From Macrostomum hystrix (Eukaryota > Animalia > Platyhelminthes): a stretch of 64,000 nucleotides of DNA. The notes beneath the pieces were generated by a model. That model was not told the origin of the DNA. It saw only the letters and a program-made list of their open reading frames with translations, and did no database searches. The DNA is taken from NCBI GenBank assembly GCA_950097015.1, contig CATNEN010000038.1, positions 28,520,001 to 28,584,000 of the forward strand. The letters run 5' to 3'. Made by a program: the position numbers and the translations under genes. Shown here one piece after another: positions 24,001 to 35,183 of the stretch (the stretch's first letter is position 1; each line of letters begins with the position of its first letter).

Positions 24001-27000
24001 CGATGGAGGCCCTGCAGCTGGCGAAGGACGCCGATCCGTACGGCATGCGGACTATTGGTGAGATTTTTATTTACAATAAAAAGAGCTTGCAGCCAGCCTA
24101 TTGGCAAACTCCGGCCCGCGGGCCAGATGCGGCCCTCAAAGCTCCAAAATCCGGCCCGTTGCCCCTTACAACACCTACAGTATCCTGTCTCATCTCGCTA
24201 TCAATTGGAGATCGAGATTCTCATCTATCCCGTGTCTTATCTCTCCTGTCTCATCTCTCCCCTGTATAATCTCTCCCTTGTAAGATCTCTCCCCTGTCTT
24301 ATCTCTCCCGTGTCTCGTCTCTCCCCTGTCTCGTCTCTCCTGTCTCATCTCCCCATGCAGTCTCATCTCCCCTGTCTCATCTCTCCCTTGTCTCATCTCT
24401 CCTGTCTCATTTCTCCCGTGTCTCATCTCCCCTATCTTATCTCTCCCTTGTCTCATCTCTCCTGTCTCATCTCTCCCGTGTCTCATCTCCCCTATCATAT
24501 CTCTCCCCTGTCTCATCTCTCTTGTCTTATCTCTCCTGTCTCATCTCTCCTCTGTCTTATCTCTTCCCTGTCTTATCTTATTATGTGACTCATCTATCCC
24601 CTTTCTCATAAGTCAATGCGGCCCGCTGTCGTCTTTTAGGTTCTCTCTGTGGCCAGCTAGCTAATAAGTTTGCCGACCCCTGGGCTAGAGCGTCAGGCTT
24701 CGATAAGATTTCCTCATTTTCTTAGCTTACACTACTGTAGAATTGTTACCTAATAATAATAATAGTGATAATTGACTACAGCTGCTCCAATAGGGCCAGG
24801 TGTGCAGCCGACAGCACAGCCGCAGCTATTGCGCGGCGCATCTGAAGGCTGCGTACGGTTGTTCAGTCCATGGACTGGGGGGGACGCCACACCCACCTTT
24901 AATTATCCCAGCTAATGCTGGTACCCATTTAACAGCTGGGTGAACTGGCAATGCAGTGTTAAGTGTCTTGTTAAAGGACACAAATTGTTTCAGTGGAGTC
25001 GGGAAACGAACCCTTGACCTTCCAGTCGTGAGTCATTAGCTATAACCACTAGGCTACAAGCTCCTTAAAGACGGTCTCTTACTGCGAAGACTCAATCGTT
25101 ACCTAAGTTATCTATATAAACTCAATATTGCCCCCAAGGGAGGGGTTGAGGGCAAAGCTTACCAAGGTCCCAGAGCTCGATTCCGCGGCGAGGCCACATT
25201 TATTTGAAGGCCAAATCTTAATGGACGCGCAATTTACTGAATGATCTTCATTCCGTCCATGGACTGAACTGTTGTAACCTGCTTTTTAAAAGCGTTGTTT
25301 TGTATCTCACTACAAGCAAAATAAAATAATCGACAGGTGTGCTCACGTTTCCCGACCTGGTGAACAAGGGAGCTCAAGAGGAGAAGCTCATGATTGCCAG
25401 GAACATCAGCTACCCGCTAGCTAAGGGCTACGTGACTGTGAAGTGTCGAAACCAGGACGACATCAAGAATCGGAAGCCGTTGAAGGAAGCCAAAGCTGAC
25501 GAGGTACTGTTCTTCAACACTGACCCCTTCTTCAAGCAGCTGGACTCCATGTGTAGAGGCTCCGACATGCTGGCTAAACGGCTAAGCGAGGAACTGCTTC
25601 TCCTGGTCAAGGTGAGTGATTTATGGCTATATCAGCTTCTAATTACGAGGTGATAATTATCTTATTAACTTAAAGAATTGGCTGATTAGCTAATTAGGTT
25701 CGTGCTCCTCTTATGTTTTACGAGTTAGCATAATATTTACTGTAACTTTAATTTATAAATAGCACATTGTATTTCATTTTCCTCAATTGAATTTATGTGT
25801 TTTTGCTTTGCAATGGCTTCATAGCAGCCTTGCAATAATCTCATAGCAGCCTTGCAATAATCTCATAGCAGCCTTGCAATAATCTCATAGCAGCCTTGCA
25901 ATAATCTCATAGCAGCCTTGCAATAATCTCATAGCAGCCTTGCAATAATCTCATAGCAGCTTTGCAATAATCTCATAGCAGCCTTGCAATAATCTCATAG
26001 CAGCCTTGCAATAATCTCATAGCAGCCTTGCAATAATCTCATAGCAGCCTTGCAATAATCTCATAGCAGCTTTGCAATAATCTCATAGCAGCTTTGCAAT
26101 AATCTCATAGCAGCCTTGCAATAATCTCATAGCAGCTTTGCAATAATCTCATAGCAGCCTTGCAATAATCTCATAGCAGCTTTGCAATAATCTCATAGCA
26201 GCTTTGCAATAATCTCATAGCAGAGGTGCTAAATTGAGTCGTTGAAATTAAAATCATTTGAATTGAGTAAAGTTGGACAAATGAACGCTGTTTTAATTAA
26301 TAACCCATTGCGTACATCAAGCAACTATCTTTGATTATAGTAAAAGCAACAATGTCCCTTCGCCAGAAATTCATTCCGGAGCTTATCAGCGATGTCCAGA
26401 GTGTCCGCGAACGCCTCAGTCAGGAGCTAAACCAGATGGGCAAGGGACCGCCTGAAGACGACCGCTCCAAGGTCGCCCTGATTGCGCGCATGTTCAACGA
26501 CTTCTCTAAGCTGTTTGAAAAGGAGGCATCAGGTTGGTGTTGGTGCAAGTACAGTTTAAGGAAGTCATGCTCACATATTTAAGGTGTATAATCTTCATGA
26601 GTTAGGGATGCAAGAAAACTGTTTCCTAAAAATCAATAATTTTGCCTCTCTCGCTAAATGATTCATTTTGATTCATTCATTCAAAACAGGTCTACAAAAG
26701 TTTTCCTAGAAATAATGGTGTGTCAGACCACCGGGGGTGTATTTGAAATATCAAATAATATTTTTTTTTATCTCTTAAAAAACTCAATCAATGTAGAACA
26801 CGGGCTAAAATTTTCCGCTCTATCCGCGCTAAAGGACACATTGTTCCGGTGGAGCCGGGAGTCGAACCCCCGACCATCAAGTCGCGAGTTGTACGCTCTA
26901 ACCACTATACAACCCCATATGGCTTGAACCAATTAGCTACTCTATCACAATCGCGCTAATCCTATTTGGGCAGGTAAGTCGCACAACTTCCAGGACGAAT

Positions 27001-29741
27001 CTGGCAAGAGGAACCTGCACCAGCGCTGCCGCATGCACTGGAGCAGCCTAGCCGAGCAGATGGAGAAGACTGTGCGACAGATTGGCGACGACGACGCCAA
27101 GATTCGCAAGGCTGTGCAGGACTTCCTCGGAGATCAGCGCGGCCGGGAGCTGCCGAACTTCCAGTCGGCCTATCCTGTCATCGAGTGCATCATTCGGCAG
27201 CGTCTGGTGGCTCCGCTGCGTCAGCTGTCAATGAACTGCCTGCGCGATGTCAGCGTGGAGGTCGACGATACGCTGAGGGACCTGGCTGACTCTGTGTTCA
27301 CTTCGTATCCAAAGCTTAACCTCTACGTTAAGGTAGGAAGCCATATTGACCCGCTCAATTGACCCGATTGACCTCTCATTGTGCATTTGGTGTTTGCCCC
27401 TATGGTCATATATCGCCCGACTAGTCCTTAAGCCATTTCTCAGCGGCTCAAATGAATTTATGTAGCAAGAATTCGATGCGTTAAATTAATTATATACTTA
27501 GTTACTACGGGGGTGACTGGTAGAGCGGTTAACACGTCTGCCTCTCGCACCAAGGTCCCTCAGCTCGATTCCGCGGCGAGGCCACATTTATTTCTGGCGC
27601 AGCCGCGGAGAGAAGGCTTGGGGCTTGACCAAACTCCAAGGCACAGTTGAGAGTGTACACTGCCTGACGATGAGAAAGTCAGGGCAGATGTACACAACTG
27701 TGTGCGTATGTTCTCAGGAGTCATCGAAATGGACAGAAATTGCCTCCTAGCTGGCTACAGGTCTAGTGTCACACAAATGATGTCCCATTGCCCACAGCCC
27801 TTCTGCAATAGTTATTATTATTGTTAAATAACAGTTGTTGATATGTTATCAGTTTAAGAGCTGGTTGAATAGAGGCTATTGTTAAATAAGATTCGTCATG
27901 ACTGAGATTCAAGCTCGTATTTTTCCTTAACTGCGTCCCCCCGCCAGGAATGCGTGCAAACCATCAAGGAGCGCATGTACTCAAGGGCCAAAGAGGATCT
28001 TGACAGGCAGTTTGAGCAGGAGAGCTACGTCTGGACCAACGACATCACCTTCGATGAAGAGTCCTGCAAGCGCGAAGCCACCCGCTCACTGGTGATGAAC
28101 GTGATGCTGCCGCCTAGAAAGAACATGTACTCGTTCACCGAGCAGTTCAACAGGCAGGCAGTCGAGTGGATCGCCGATCATTGCTGCCAGAGTGAGTCAA
28201 ATTGCTCACTGGTTGAGGCCATTCTGGAGTGATTTGGTAGTAGGACTACCAAACTGGTAGTGTACACTGGAGCAGCCGTTTTGAAGTTTTGACGTTTTGA
28301 CGTTTTGACGGAGCCGTCCGTTTTGACGAGTTTGGCGAGGGTGTCCCTAATATTTAGGCTTGATCAGTGAAATTAGACAAATTCGCGTCCATGGTGGCCT
28401 AGTTCCACCTGTTCCAGCCATTGAAGGTCCAGCAGTCCGTCTAGATAAAGGTAGGTGACCACCGAAGATGGAGATGATGCAGGCACATTTGGGTGACATG
28501 CTGATAAATTTTGAAGGCCTGGCAAGGCCGCACTGAGGCGCAGTGCTAATTTGTGTATAGGGGTGTATGAAATACACTAGCGTTTACGGGGAAAATCCGA
28601 CCTTCGTCCAGAAACATTGAATATCTGGACGGTCTGAAGGGCTGGCGACTTGACTCTTGTTTCAGAAGATGCGCAACAAAATTTGGTCTCTCTGTTCTTA
28701 AGTTTCGTGTTTTTGCGTTGCTCCGTTCGGGTGTAGCACAAAAATTGTCTGGGGGAAATCCCCCTGGTAGTTGTACTTTAAAACCCTATCTACTTTCTTT
28801 AAACTTCAATTGTTGCTTTAGGTACCGAAGAAGAACCTAATATGGAATTCGCTAGCTGGTTTCAAGGCATCTTTCAGCGTAAGAACTTTCCATTATTGTC
28901 GCTATAACAGCTTTATTTCGCACCAGCTTTACCTTGACATTAACTTTCTTGTCGTCTAAACTAATGCAGAATACTTTAGTCAGTCTTCGAACTCTGGCTC
29001 CGCTGGCGAGAACGGATCTCAGCCGAAGGTTGGCGCTGCTCAGGACACAGATGAAGCGACCGAAAAATGTCTGAACTCACTGCACTCTTATCTCAAGGTA
29101 TATAAATATTAATCTTTGCTTCTTATAATTATAGAATGACCTAATCGGCTTTACTACTAGAAAACTGCACCAGTTTTTTAAATAGAGCAATCAATAATCG
29201 TATTCAATATTCGAGCGTTTTTTGTCTGTAAAAGGATTCCTTTGAAATGAGGTCTCAACTTTGAGTCTAAAAATAGAATTTTTTTCTAAAAATACGTCTA
29301 CAATAATGACGTCAGAGTTTTTAAATCTAAAAATAGATACAAAAATGCACCTAAATATGGATAGTCGATAGTGTTTCTTCAAACAGATCGATGAAGGTAA
29401 ATACATTTGAAAAAGATTTATTTCGTCAGTAAAAATATTTACAACAATTACGTAAGTTTTTTGTCTAAAGAAAATCACAAAAATCGAATTAAAAAAAACC
29501 TCGTTTTCAGATCGCACTGACTCGAATGATTGACAACGTGCCACTGTGCATGATGCACTTCATGCTCTACAAGCTGTCAGACGAGTTGTGCAACGAGGTG
29601 AGCATCTTCCAACAGGAGTCTGAAAAGCTAGACCAGCTGCTTGAGGAGAAGGAAGGCATTAGGCTGCACCGCATTGAGACCAAGAACCGGATGAAGGCCC
29701 TGGCGGAGGCTGAGAACGATCTGTGCCGAATCTCGCTTTGA
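21031..29741 (+). CDS. MX: Mx-like (myxovirus resistance-type) dynamin-superfamily GTPase
   Basis: LPAIVVIGDQSTGKSSVLESISG, FPRGNGVVTLCPL, LTLIDLPGIAR, LAKGYVTVKCRNQ, RGRELPNF and GED YLKIALTRMIDNVPL; no PH or PRD domain. Confident exons: 22508-23174, 23919-24057, 25337-25611, 26367-26532, 26974-27332, 27948-28191, 28822-28878, 28970-29097, 29511-29741. Tentative phase-compatible 5' exons: 21031-21077, 21127-21160, 21293-21372 (alternative ATG at 21317). Confidence 0.9.
21700..22430. promoter_or_regulatory. Putative STAT (GAS) / kB motif cluster formed by a degenerate ~22-bp repeat
   Basis: TTCNNNGAA at 21710, 21819, 21857, 22005, 22092, 22240 and 22270; TTC-N4-GAA at 21761; GGGAAATTCCC at 22190-22200. 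The motifs are seen directly; their function is inferred. Confidence 0.55.
23210..23804 (+). mobile_element. TIR element family Y copy 1 in an Mx intron
   Basis: Ends CAGTGGGACAAACA / TGGTAGTTCTACTG; body shared with 28238-28777 and left arm shared with 46793-46925. Confidence 0.8.
24094..24682. mobile_element. hAT-like MITE interrupted by a ~16-bp CT-rich minisatellite (24225-24600)
   Basis: Left TGGCAAACTCCGGCCCGCGGGCC and right AGTTTGCCGACCCCTG resemble the CAGGGGTCGGCAAAC termini of Charlie/hAT MITEs; TCTCATCTCTCCCCTG tandem array inside. Confidence 0.7.
24754..25064 (-). mobile_element. tRNA-derived SINE family B with CORE-like central domain
   Basis: Minus strand: A box TAGCCTAGTGG, B box GGTTCGTTTCC, then GTGTCCTTTAACAAGACACTTAAC...CACCCAGCTGTTAAATGGG (CORE-like), (ATT)n tail; TSD AATYGTTACCTAA at 24741-24753 and 25094-25106. 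Confidence 0.85.
25063..25096 (+). other. Spliced-leader (SL) exon-derived fragment, 3'-truncated (not an SL RNA gene)
   Basis: CCTTAAAGACGGTCTCTTACTGCGAAGACTCAAT matches, with one mismatch, the 5' 34 nt of the Macrostomum lignano SL as recalled (CCGTAAAGACGGTCTCTTACTGCGAAGACTCAATTTATTGCATG). It lacks the terminal ATG, the donor GT and the Sm site. Confidence 0.8.
25819..26223. repeat. 22-bp minisatellite in an Mx intron (TCATAGCAGCCTTGCAATAATC)
   Basis: About 18 near-perfect tandem units. Confidence 0.97.
26830..26925 (-). mobile_element. SINE family B tRNA head fragment
   Basis: AAAGGACACA...GTGGAGCCGGGAGTCGAACCC...CTCTAACCACTA is homologous to 24970-25055. Confidence 0.75.
27509..27822 (+). 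mobile_element. tRNA-derived SINE family A copy in an Mx intron
   Basis: TGGTAGAGCGG A box, GCTCGATTCC B box, conserved body and tail. Confidence 0.9.
28238..28777 (+). mobile_element. TIR element family Y copy 2 in an Mx intron
   Basis: Starts TAGTAGGACTACCA, ends TGGTAGTTGTACT; about 400 bp is highly similar to 23365-23800. Confidence 0.82.
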
Positions 29742-30217
29742 TTCGGAAATTTTTTGTGTGCTGACTTTGACTAGCTTCTTGACTTTTTCGCTACATATCG
29801 GTTCGCTTTTAATTCCTTTAAAATTCGATTGTGAACCTGAAATTCATGTTAGCAAACCGAAAATTGTTGATCCATTTGATCAAATCTGCTATGTTAATTC
29901 ATTTAATCACACAGTAGCATTATTCGCAACTTTACTCTTTTTCATTTAAATAATTTTAGAACCTACAGTTGCTTCTTACCATTCCGAAAAGGTTTGAACT
30001 AGAGGTGCTAAAAGTTCATAGGAAGTTTTCCGATGTACTGACAAATGAAATATATGACAACTGCTACAAGGAGCACAGTTTAATGCTAAATAACTGAATT
30101 ATATACGTAAATCATTACTAATTAAAAATCTAAACAGTAGCTTGAGCGAATATGTGAGGTAATTTTTTTTCTAATCATAGAATTCGCATGCTTCTGGAAC
30201 AGTACAAGGGTAATATA

Positions 30218-31184
30218 GAAGAGGTGAGAGAGAACGGGTGAGAGAGAATGGGTGAGAGAGAAGGGGTGAGAGAGAAGGGGTGAGAGAGAAGGGGTGAGAG
30301 AGAAGGGGTGAGAGAGAAGGGGTGAGAGAGAAGAGGTGAGAGAGAAGGGGTGAGAGAGAAGGGGTAAAAGAGAATGGGTGAGAGAGAAGGGGTGAGAGAG
30401 AATGGGTGAGAGAGAATGGGTGAGAGAGAAGGGGTGAGAGAGAAGGGGTAAAAGAGAAGGGGTGAGAGAGAAGGGGTGAGAGAGAAGGGGTGAGAGAGAA
30501 GGGGTGAGAGAGAAGGGGTGAGAGAGAAGAGGTGAGAGAGAAGGGGTGAGAGAGAAGGGGAGAGAGAAGGGGTGAGAGAGAAGGGGAGAGAGAAGGGGTG
30601 AGAGAGAAGGGGTGAGAGAGAAGTGGTGAGAGAGAAGGGGTGAGAGAGAATGGGTGAGAGAGAGGGGGTGAGAGAGAAGAGGTGAGAGAGAAGGGGTGAG
30701 AGAGAAGGGGAGAGAGAAGGGGTGAGAGAGAAGGGGAGAGAGAAGGGGTGAGAGAGAAGGGGAGAGAGAAGGGGTGAGAGAGAAGGGGTGAGAGAGAAGG
30801 GGTGAGAGAGAAGTGGTGAGAGAGAAGGGGTGAGAGAGAATGGGTGAGAGAGAGGGGGTGAGAGAGAAGAGGTGAGAGAGAAGGGGTGAGAGAGAAGGGG
30901 AGAGAGAAGGGGTGAGAGAGAAGGGGTGAGAGAGAAGGAGTGAGAGAGAAGGGGTGAGAGAGAACGGGTGAGAGAGAATTGGTGAGAGAGAAGCGGTGAG
31001 AGAGAAGGGAAGAGAGAGAAGGGTTGAGAGAGAAGGAGTGAGAGAGAAGGGGTGAGAGAGAACGGGTGAGAGAGAATGGGTGAGAGAGAAGCGGTGAGAG
31101 AGAAGGAGTGAGAGAGAAGGGGTGAGAGAGAAGGGTTGAGAGAGAAGGGGTGAAAGAGAATGGGTGAGAGAGAACGGATGAGAA
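30218..31184. repeat. 14-bp purine-rich satellite (GGGGTGAGAGAGAA)n between Mx and the CD225 gene
   Basis: About 69 tandem units. Confidence 0.97.
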
Positions 31185-31680
31185 ATGTAGGATATTAAGA
31201 AAGCTGTGATAACGATGAATGTGTCTAAACTTACTGCATACTAATCCAATCTGAAGGCCTGGATTCTAAAAGTACAGTCTACAAGCTTGTTCTTTGTCTA
31301 CATAAATGGAATGCCTAATGACAGAATTTTTTGTCGGAATTAAATTGATCCAGATTTTATCCATCGAATTAGAATTCTTTCTCTAGATAAATCCGAACAC
31401 GCGTCTGCAATGTGAAACAGCTGCAGTCGATGCTTTTACAAATGCTAGAATTGACCTGAACCTAACTCCACCATGTGTTATTCCATGAGCTTTTTGACAT
31501 GTAATAGCTATCAAAAAGAAGCAGAAGAAAATTAACATGTTTTTAAAAAAAGGATTTCAAAATATGGTTTAAATTAATGACGTTTTTATAAGTGAAAATT
31601 TATATTTGCACATTGTTTGAAAATTTTTAATGTGACGTGATTTATTGTGCATACAATTAACTTTTGTTATTTATTTAAAG

Positions 31681-31922
31681 AACTGATTTGGGATCAGCAC
31701 TGACTTGGGATCAGAACTGATTTGGGATCAGAACTGATTTGGGATCAGAACTGATTTGGGATCAGAACTGATTTGGGATCAGAACTGATATGGAATCAGA
31801 ACTGATTTGGGATCTGAACTGATTTGGGATCAGAACTGGTTTGGGATCTGAACTGACTTGGGATCAGAACTGATTTGGGATCTGAACTGATTTGGGATCA
31901 GAACTGATATGGAATCAGAACT
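31681..31922. repeat. 17-bp minisatellite (AACTGATTTGGGATCAG)
   Basis: About 14 units just 3' of the CD225 gene stop codon. Confidence 0.95.
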
Positions 31923-32012
31923 CATGAGAAGATGAAGTATTAAAACGGACTTGTCAGTTCAAAAATACCGAACCAATCGATTATCGACAATGCCGAGAAA
32001 TCGAATCCGGTT

Positions 32013-32608
32013 TCAGTGAGACTTCGAATAAAGATCGAAGCTGCTTCGCATCGCATTGCCTAACGACTCATCCTCAACAGTGCCAATGTTGAGGCTCTTG
32101 ATGAACTTGGCGATGAACACAACAGTCGGGTGGCTCAGCAGGTAGATGAAGATCAGCATTGTGGACAGGACGCCCATTGCGTTGAACAGGAAGGCCAGAT
32201 TGCCATAGAGTATAGCCCGTCTTTGCGAGACCTCGTCCTTCTTATTGGCCAGCAAGTTGTGCGCCCTGATCGACAATGCCACGGCGATGCCACCAAACAC
32301 GAAGTTAAAGAAGATCGTCACAATGACTGACACTACAAAGTTGGTGACTCGATTTTTATTATTGGTCTCAAATTCCATTGGTAAGAGGCGCGGCACCTTT
32401 AATTGTTTTGTTAGAGGGACGCTTGACTCCTGCTGCTGCTGCGGCGGCTGCTGCTGCAGTAGTGGCCTGCTGGATTCTGTTTCAGCTGACTGCAACAGCA
32501 GTGGATGATTCATGAGTCGTATAGTCAATAGACTAGTACCAGGTAGTGCTGAAGCATCGTAGTCTAGACCCTGTGCTGATATCAAAGCGCTCGGGTTGGC
32601 GTACCAAC

Positions 32609-32643
<35 letters not shown>

Positions 32644-32645
32644 AT
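32013..32645 (-). CDS. CD225/dispanin-family (IFITM-like) membrane protein
   Basis: 210-aa ORF with a Q/P-rich N-terminus, then NFVVSVIVTIFFNFVFGGIAVALSIRA-(basic loop)-AILYGNLAFLFNAMGVLSTMLIFIYLL, the two-hydrophobic-segment CD225 pattern. In-frame stop just upstream of the ATG. Confidence 0.8.
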
Positions 32646-33027
32646 TGTTCACACACGGCAGGATGTCTGTTGCAGTTGCATTTGGAATTAAAATGTATAG
32701 CGTTCAGTTTGGATAGGATGGCGGGACTCAGGATTTGATGCTAATATTCCCTACCATGAGAGTTGGCCATCTGTCGTCTATTGATTTTTCCTTCACCTCT
32801 GTCTCTGTTTGGCTGTCTACTAAAAGCAGGCATCAGCAGCCACTCCGCTTATTTTTCTTCCCATCTAAAGCTCCGCGTTCATAGATGCCATCAGTTTTTT
32901 CTGCTCTGCTAGTTCTATACTACCAGATTAGCATTGCTAACTCAATGTGTTTGACTGCACTGCTGCAGGTGCATAGCGTTTAAATAGTGAACTACTGACT
33001 CACAGTATTGCATTTTTTAGGTACAGT

Positions 33028-35183
33028 CGAGTGGAATGCTTCAGGACCATTGGGGTAGAATTCTGCAGGTCCATTGGGGTCGAATGCTGCAGGTCCATTG
33101 GGATAGAATGCTGCAGGTTCATTGGGGTAGAATGCTGCAGGTCCATTGGGGTAGAATGCTGCAGGTTCAGTGAGGTAGAATGCTTCAGGTTCACTGGAGT
33201 GGAATGCTTCAGGACCATTGGGGTAGAATGCTTCAGGTTCATTAAGGTAGAATGCTTCAGGTCCATTGGGGTAGAATGCTGCAGGTCCATTGGGGTAGAA
33301 TGCTGCAGGTCCATTGGGGTAGAATGCTGCAGGTTCAGTGAGGTAGAATGCTTCAGGTTCATTGGAGTGGAATGCTTCAGGACCATTGGGGTAGAATGCT
33401 TCAGGTTCATTCGAGTGGAATGCTTCAGGACCATTGGGGTAGAATGCTTCAGGTTCATTCGAGTGGAATGCTTCAGACTCATTGGGGTAGAATGCTTCAG
33501 GTTCATTCGAGTGAAATGCTTCAGGCTCATTGGGGTAGAATGCTTCAGGTTCATTGGGGTAGAATGCTGCAGGTTCATTTGAGTGAAATGCTTCAGGCTC
33601 ATTGGGGTAGAATGCTTCAGGTTCATTGGGGTAGAATGCTGCAGGTTCATTTGAGTGGAATGCTTCAGGCTCATTGGGGTAGAATTCTTCAGGTTCATTG
33701 GGGTAGAATGCTGCAGGTTCATTTGAGTGAAATGCTTCAGGCTCATTGGGGTAGAATGCTTCAGGCTCATTGGGGTAGAATGCTGCAGGTTCATTTGAGT
33801 GGAATGCTTCAGGCTCATTGGGGTAGAATGCTGCAGGTTCATTCGAGTGGAATGCTTCAGGCTCATTGGGGTAGAATGCTTCAGGTCCATTGGGGTAGAA
33901 TGCTTCAGGTTCTTTGGGGTAAGAATGCTTCAGGACCATTGGGGTAGAATGCTTCAGGTTCATTTGAGTGGAATGCTTCAGGCTCATTGGGGTAGAATGC
34001 TGCAGGTTCATTCGAGTGGAATGCTTCAGGCTCATTGGGGTAGAATTCTGCAGGTTCATTCGAGTGGAATGCTTCAGGCTCATTGGGGTAGAATGCTGCA
34101 GGTTCATTCGAGTGGAATGCTTCAGGCTCATTGGGGTAGAATGCTGCAGGTTCATTCGAGTGGAATGCTTCAGGCTCATTGGGGTAGAATGCTGCAGGTT
34201 CATTCGAGTGGAATGCTTCAGGCTCATTGGGGTAGAATGCTGCAGGTTCATTCGAGTGGAATGCTTCAGGACCATTGGGGTAGAATGCTTCAGGTTCATT
34301 CGAGTGGAATGCTTCAGACTCATTGGGGTAGAATGCTTCAGGTTCATTCGAGTGAAATGCTTCAGGCTCATTGGGGTAGAATGCTTCAGGTTCATTGGGG
34401 TAGAATGCTGCAGGTTCATTTGAGTGAAATGCTTCAGGCTCATTGGGGTAGAATGCTTCAGGTTCATTGGGGTAGAATGCTGCAGGTTCATTTGAGTGGA
34501 ATGCTTCAGGCTCATTGGGGTAGAATTCTTCAGGTTCATTGGGGTAGAATGCTGCAGGTTCATTTGAGTGAAATGCTTCAGGCTCATTGGGGTAGAATGC
34601 TTCAGGTTCATTGGGGTAGAATGCTGCAGGTTCATTTGAGTGGAATGCTTCAGGCTCATTGGGGTAGAATGCTGCAGGTTCATTCGAGTGGAATGCTTCA
34701 GGCTCATTGGGGTAGAATGCTTCAGGTCCATTGGGGTAGAATGCTTCAGGTTCTTTGGGGTAAGAATGCTTCAGGACCATTGGGGTAGAATGCTTCAGGT
34801 TCATTTGAGTGGAATGCTTCAGGCTCATTGGGGTAGAATGCTGCAGGTTCATTCGAGTGGAATGCTTCAGGCTCATTGGGGTAGAATTCTGCAGGTTCAT
34901 TCGAGTGGAATGCTTCAGGCTCATTGGGGTAGAATGCTGCTAGTTCATTCGAGTGGAATGCTTCAGGCTCATTGGGGTAGAATGCTGCAGGTTCATTCGA
35001 GTGGAATGCTTCAGGCTCATTGGGGTAGAATGCTGCAGGTTCATTCGAGTGGAATGCTTCAGGCTCATTGGGGTAGAATGCTGCAGGTTCATTTGAGTGG
35101 AATGCTTCAGGCTCATTGGGGTAGAATGCTTCAGGTCCATTGGGGTAGAATGCTTTAGGTCCATTGGGGTCGAATGCTTCAGG
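33028..35183. repeat. 24-bp minisatellite (CATTGGGGTAGAATGCTTCAGGTT) with an 841-bp higher-order duplication
   Basis: About 90 units; the unique variant TTCTTTGGGGTAAGAATG occurs at ~33910 and ~34751. Confidence 0.97.

Noticed and set aside
24990-25064. tRNA genes at SINE heads (also 5915-5985, 26850-26925, 45050-45108, 58715-58785)
   Set aside because: A/B boxes are present but the cloverleaves are degenerate, and most heads continue into SINE bodies.
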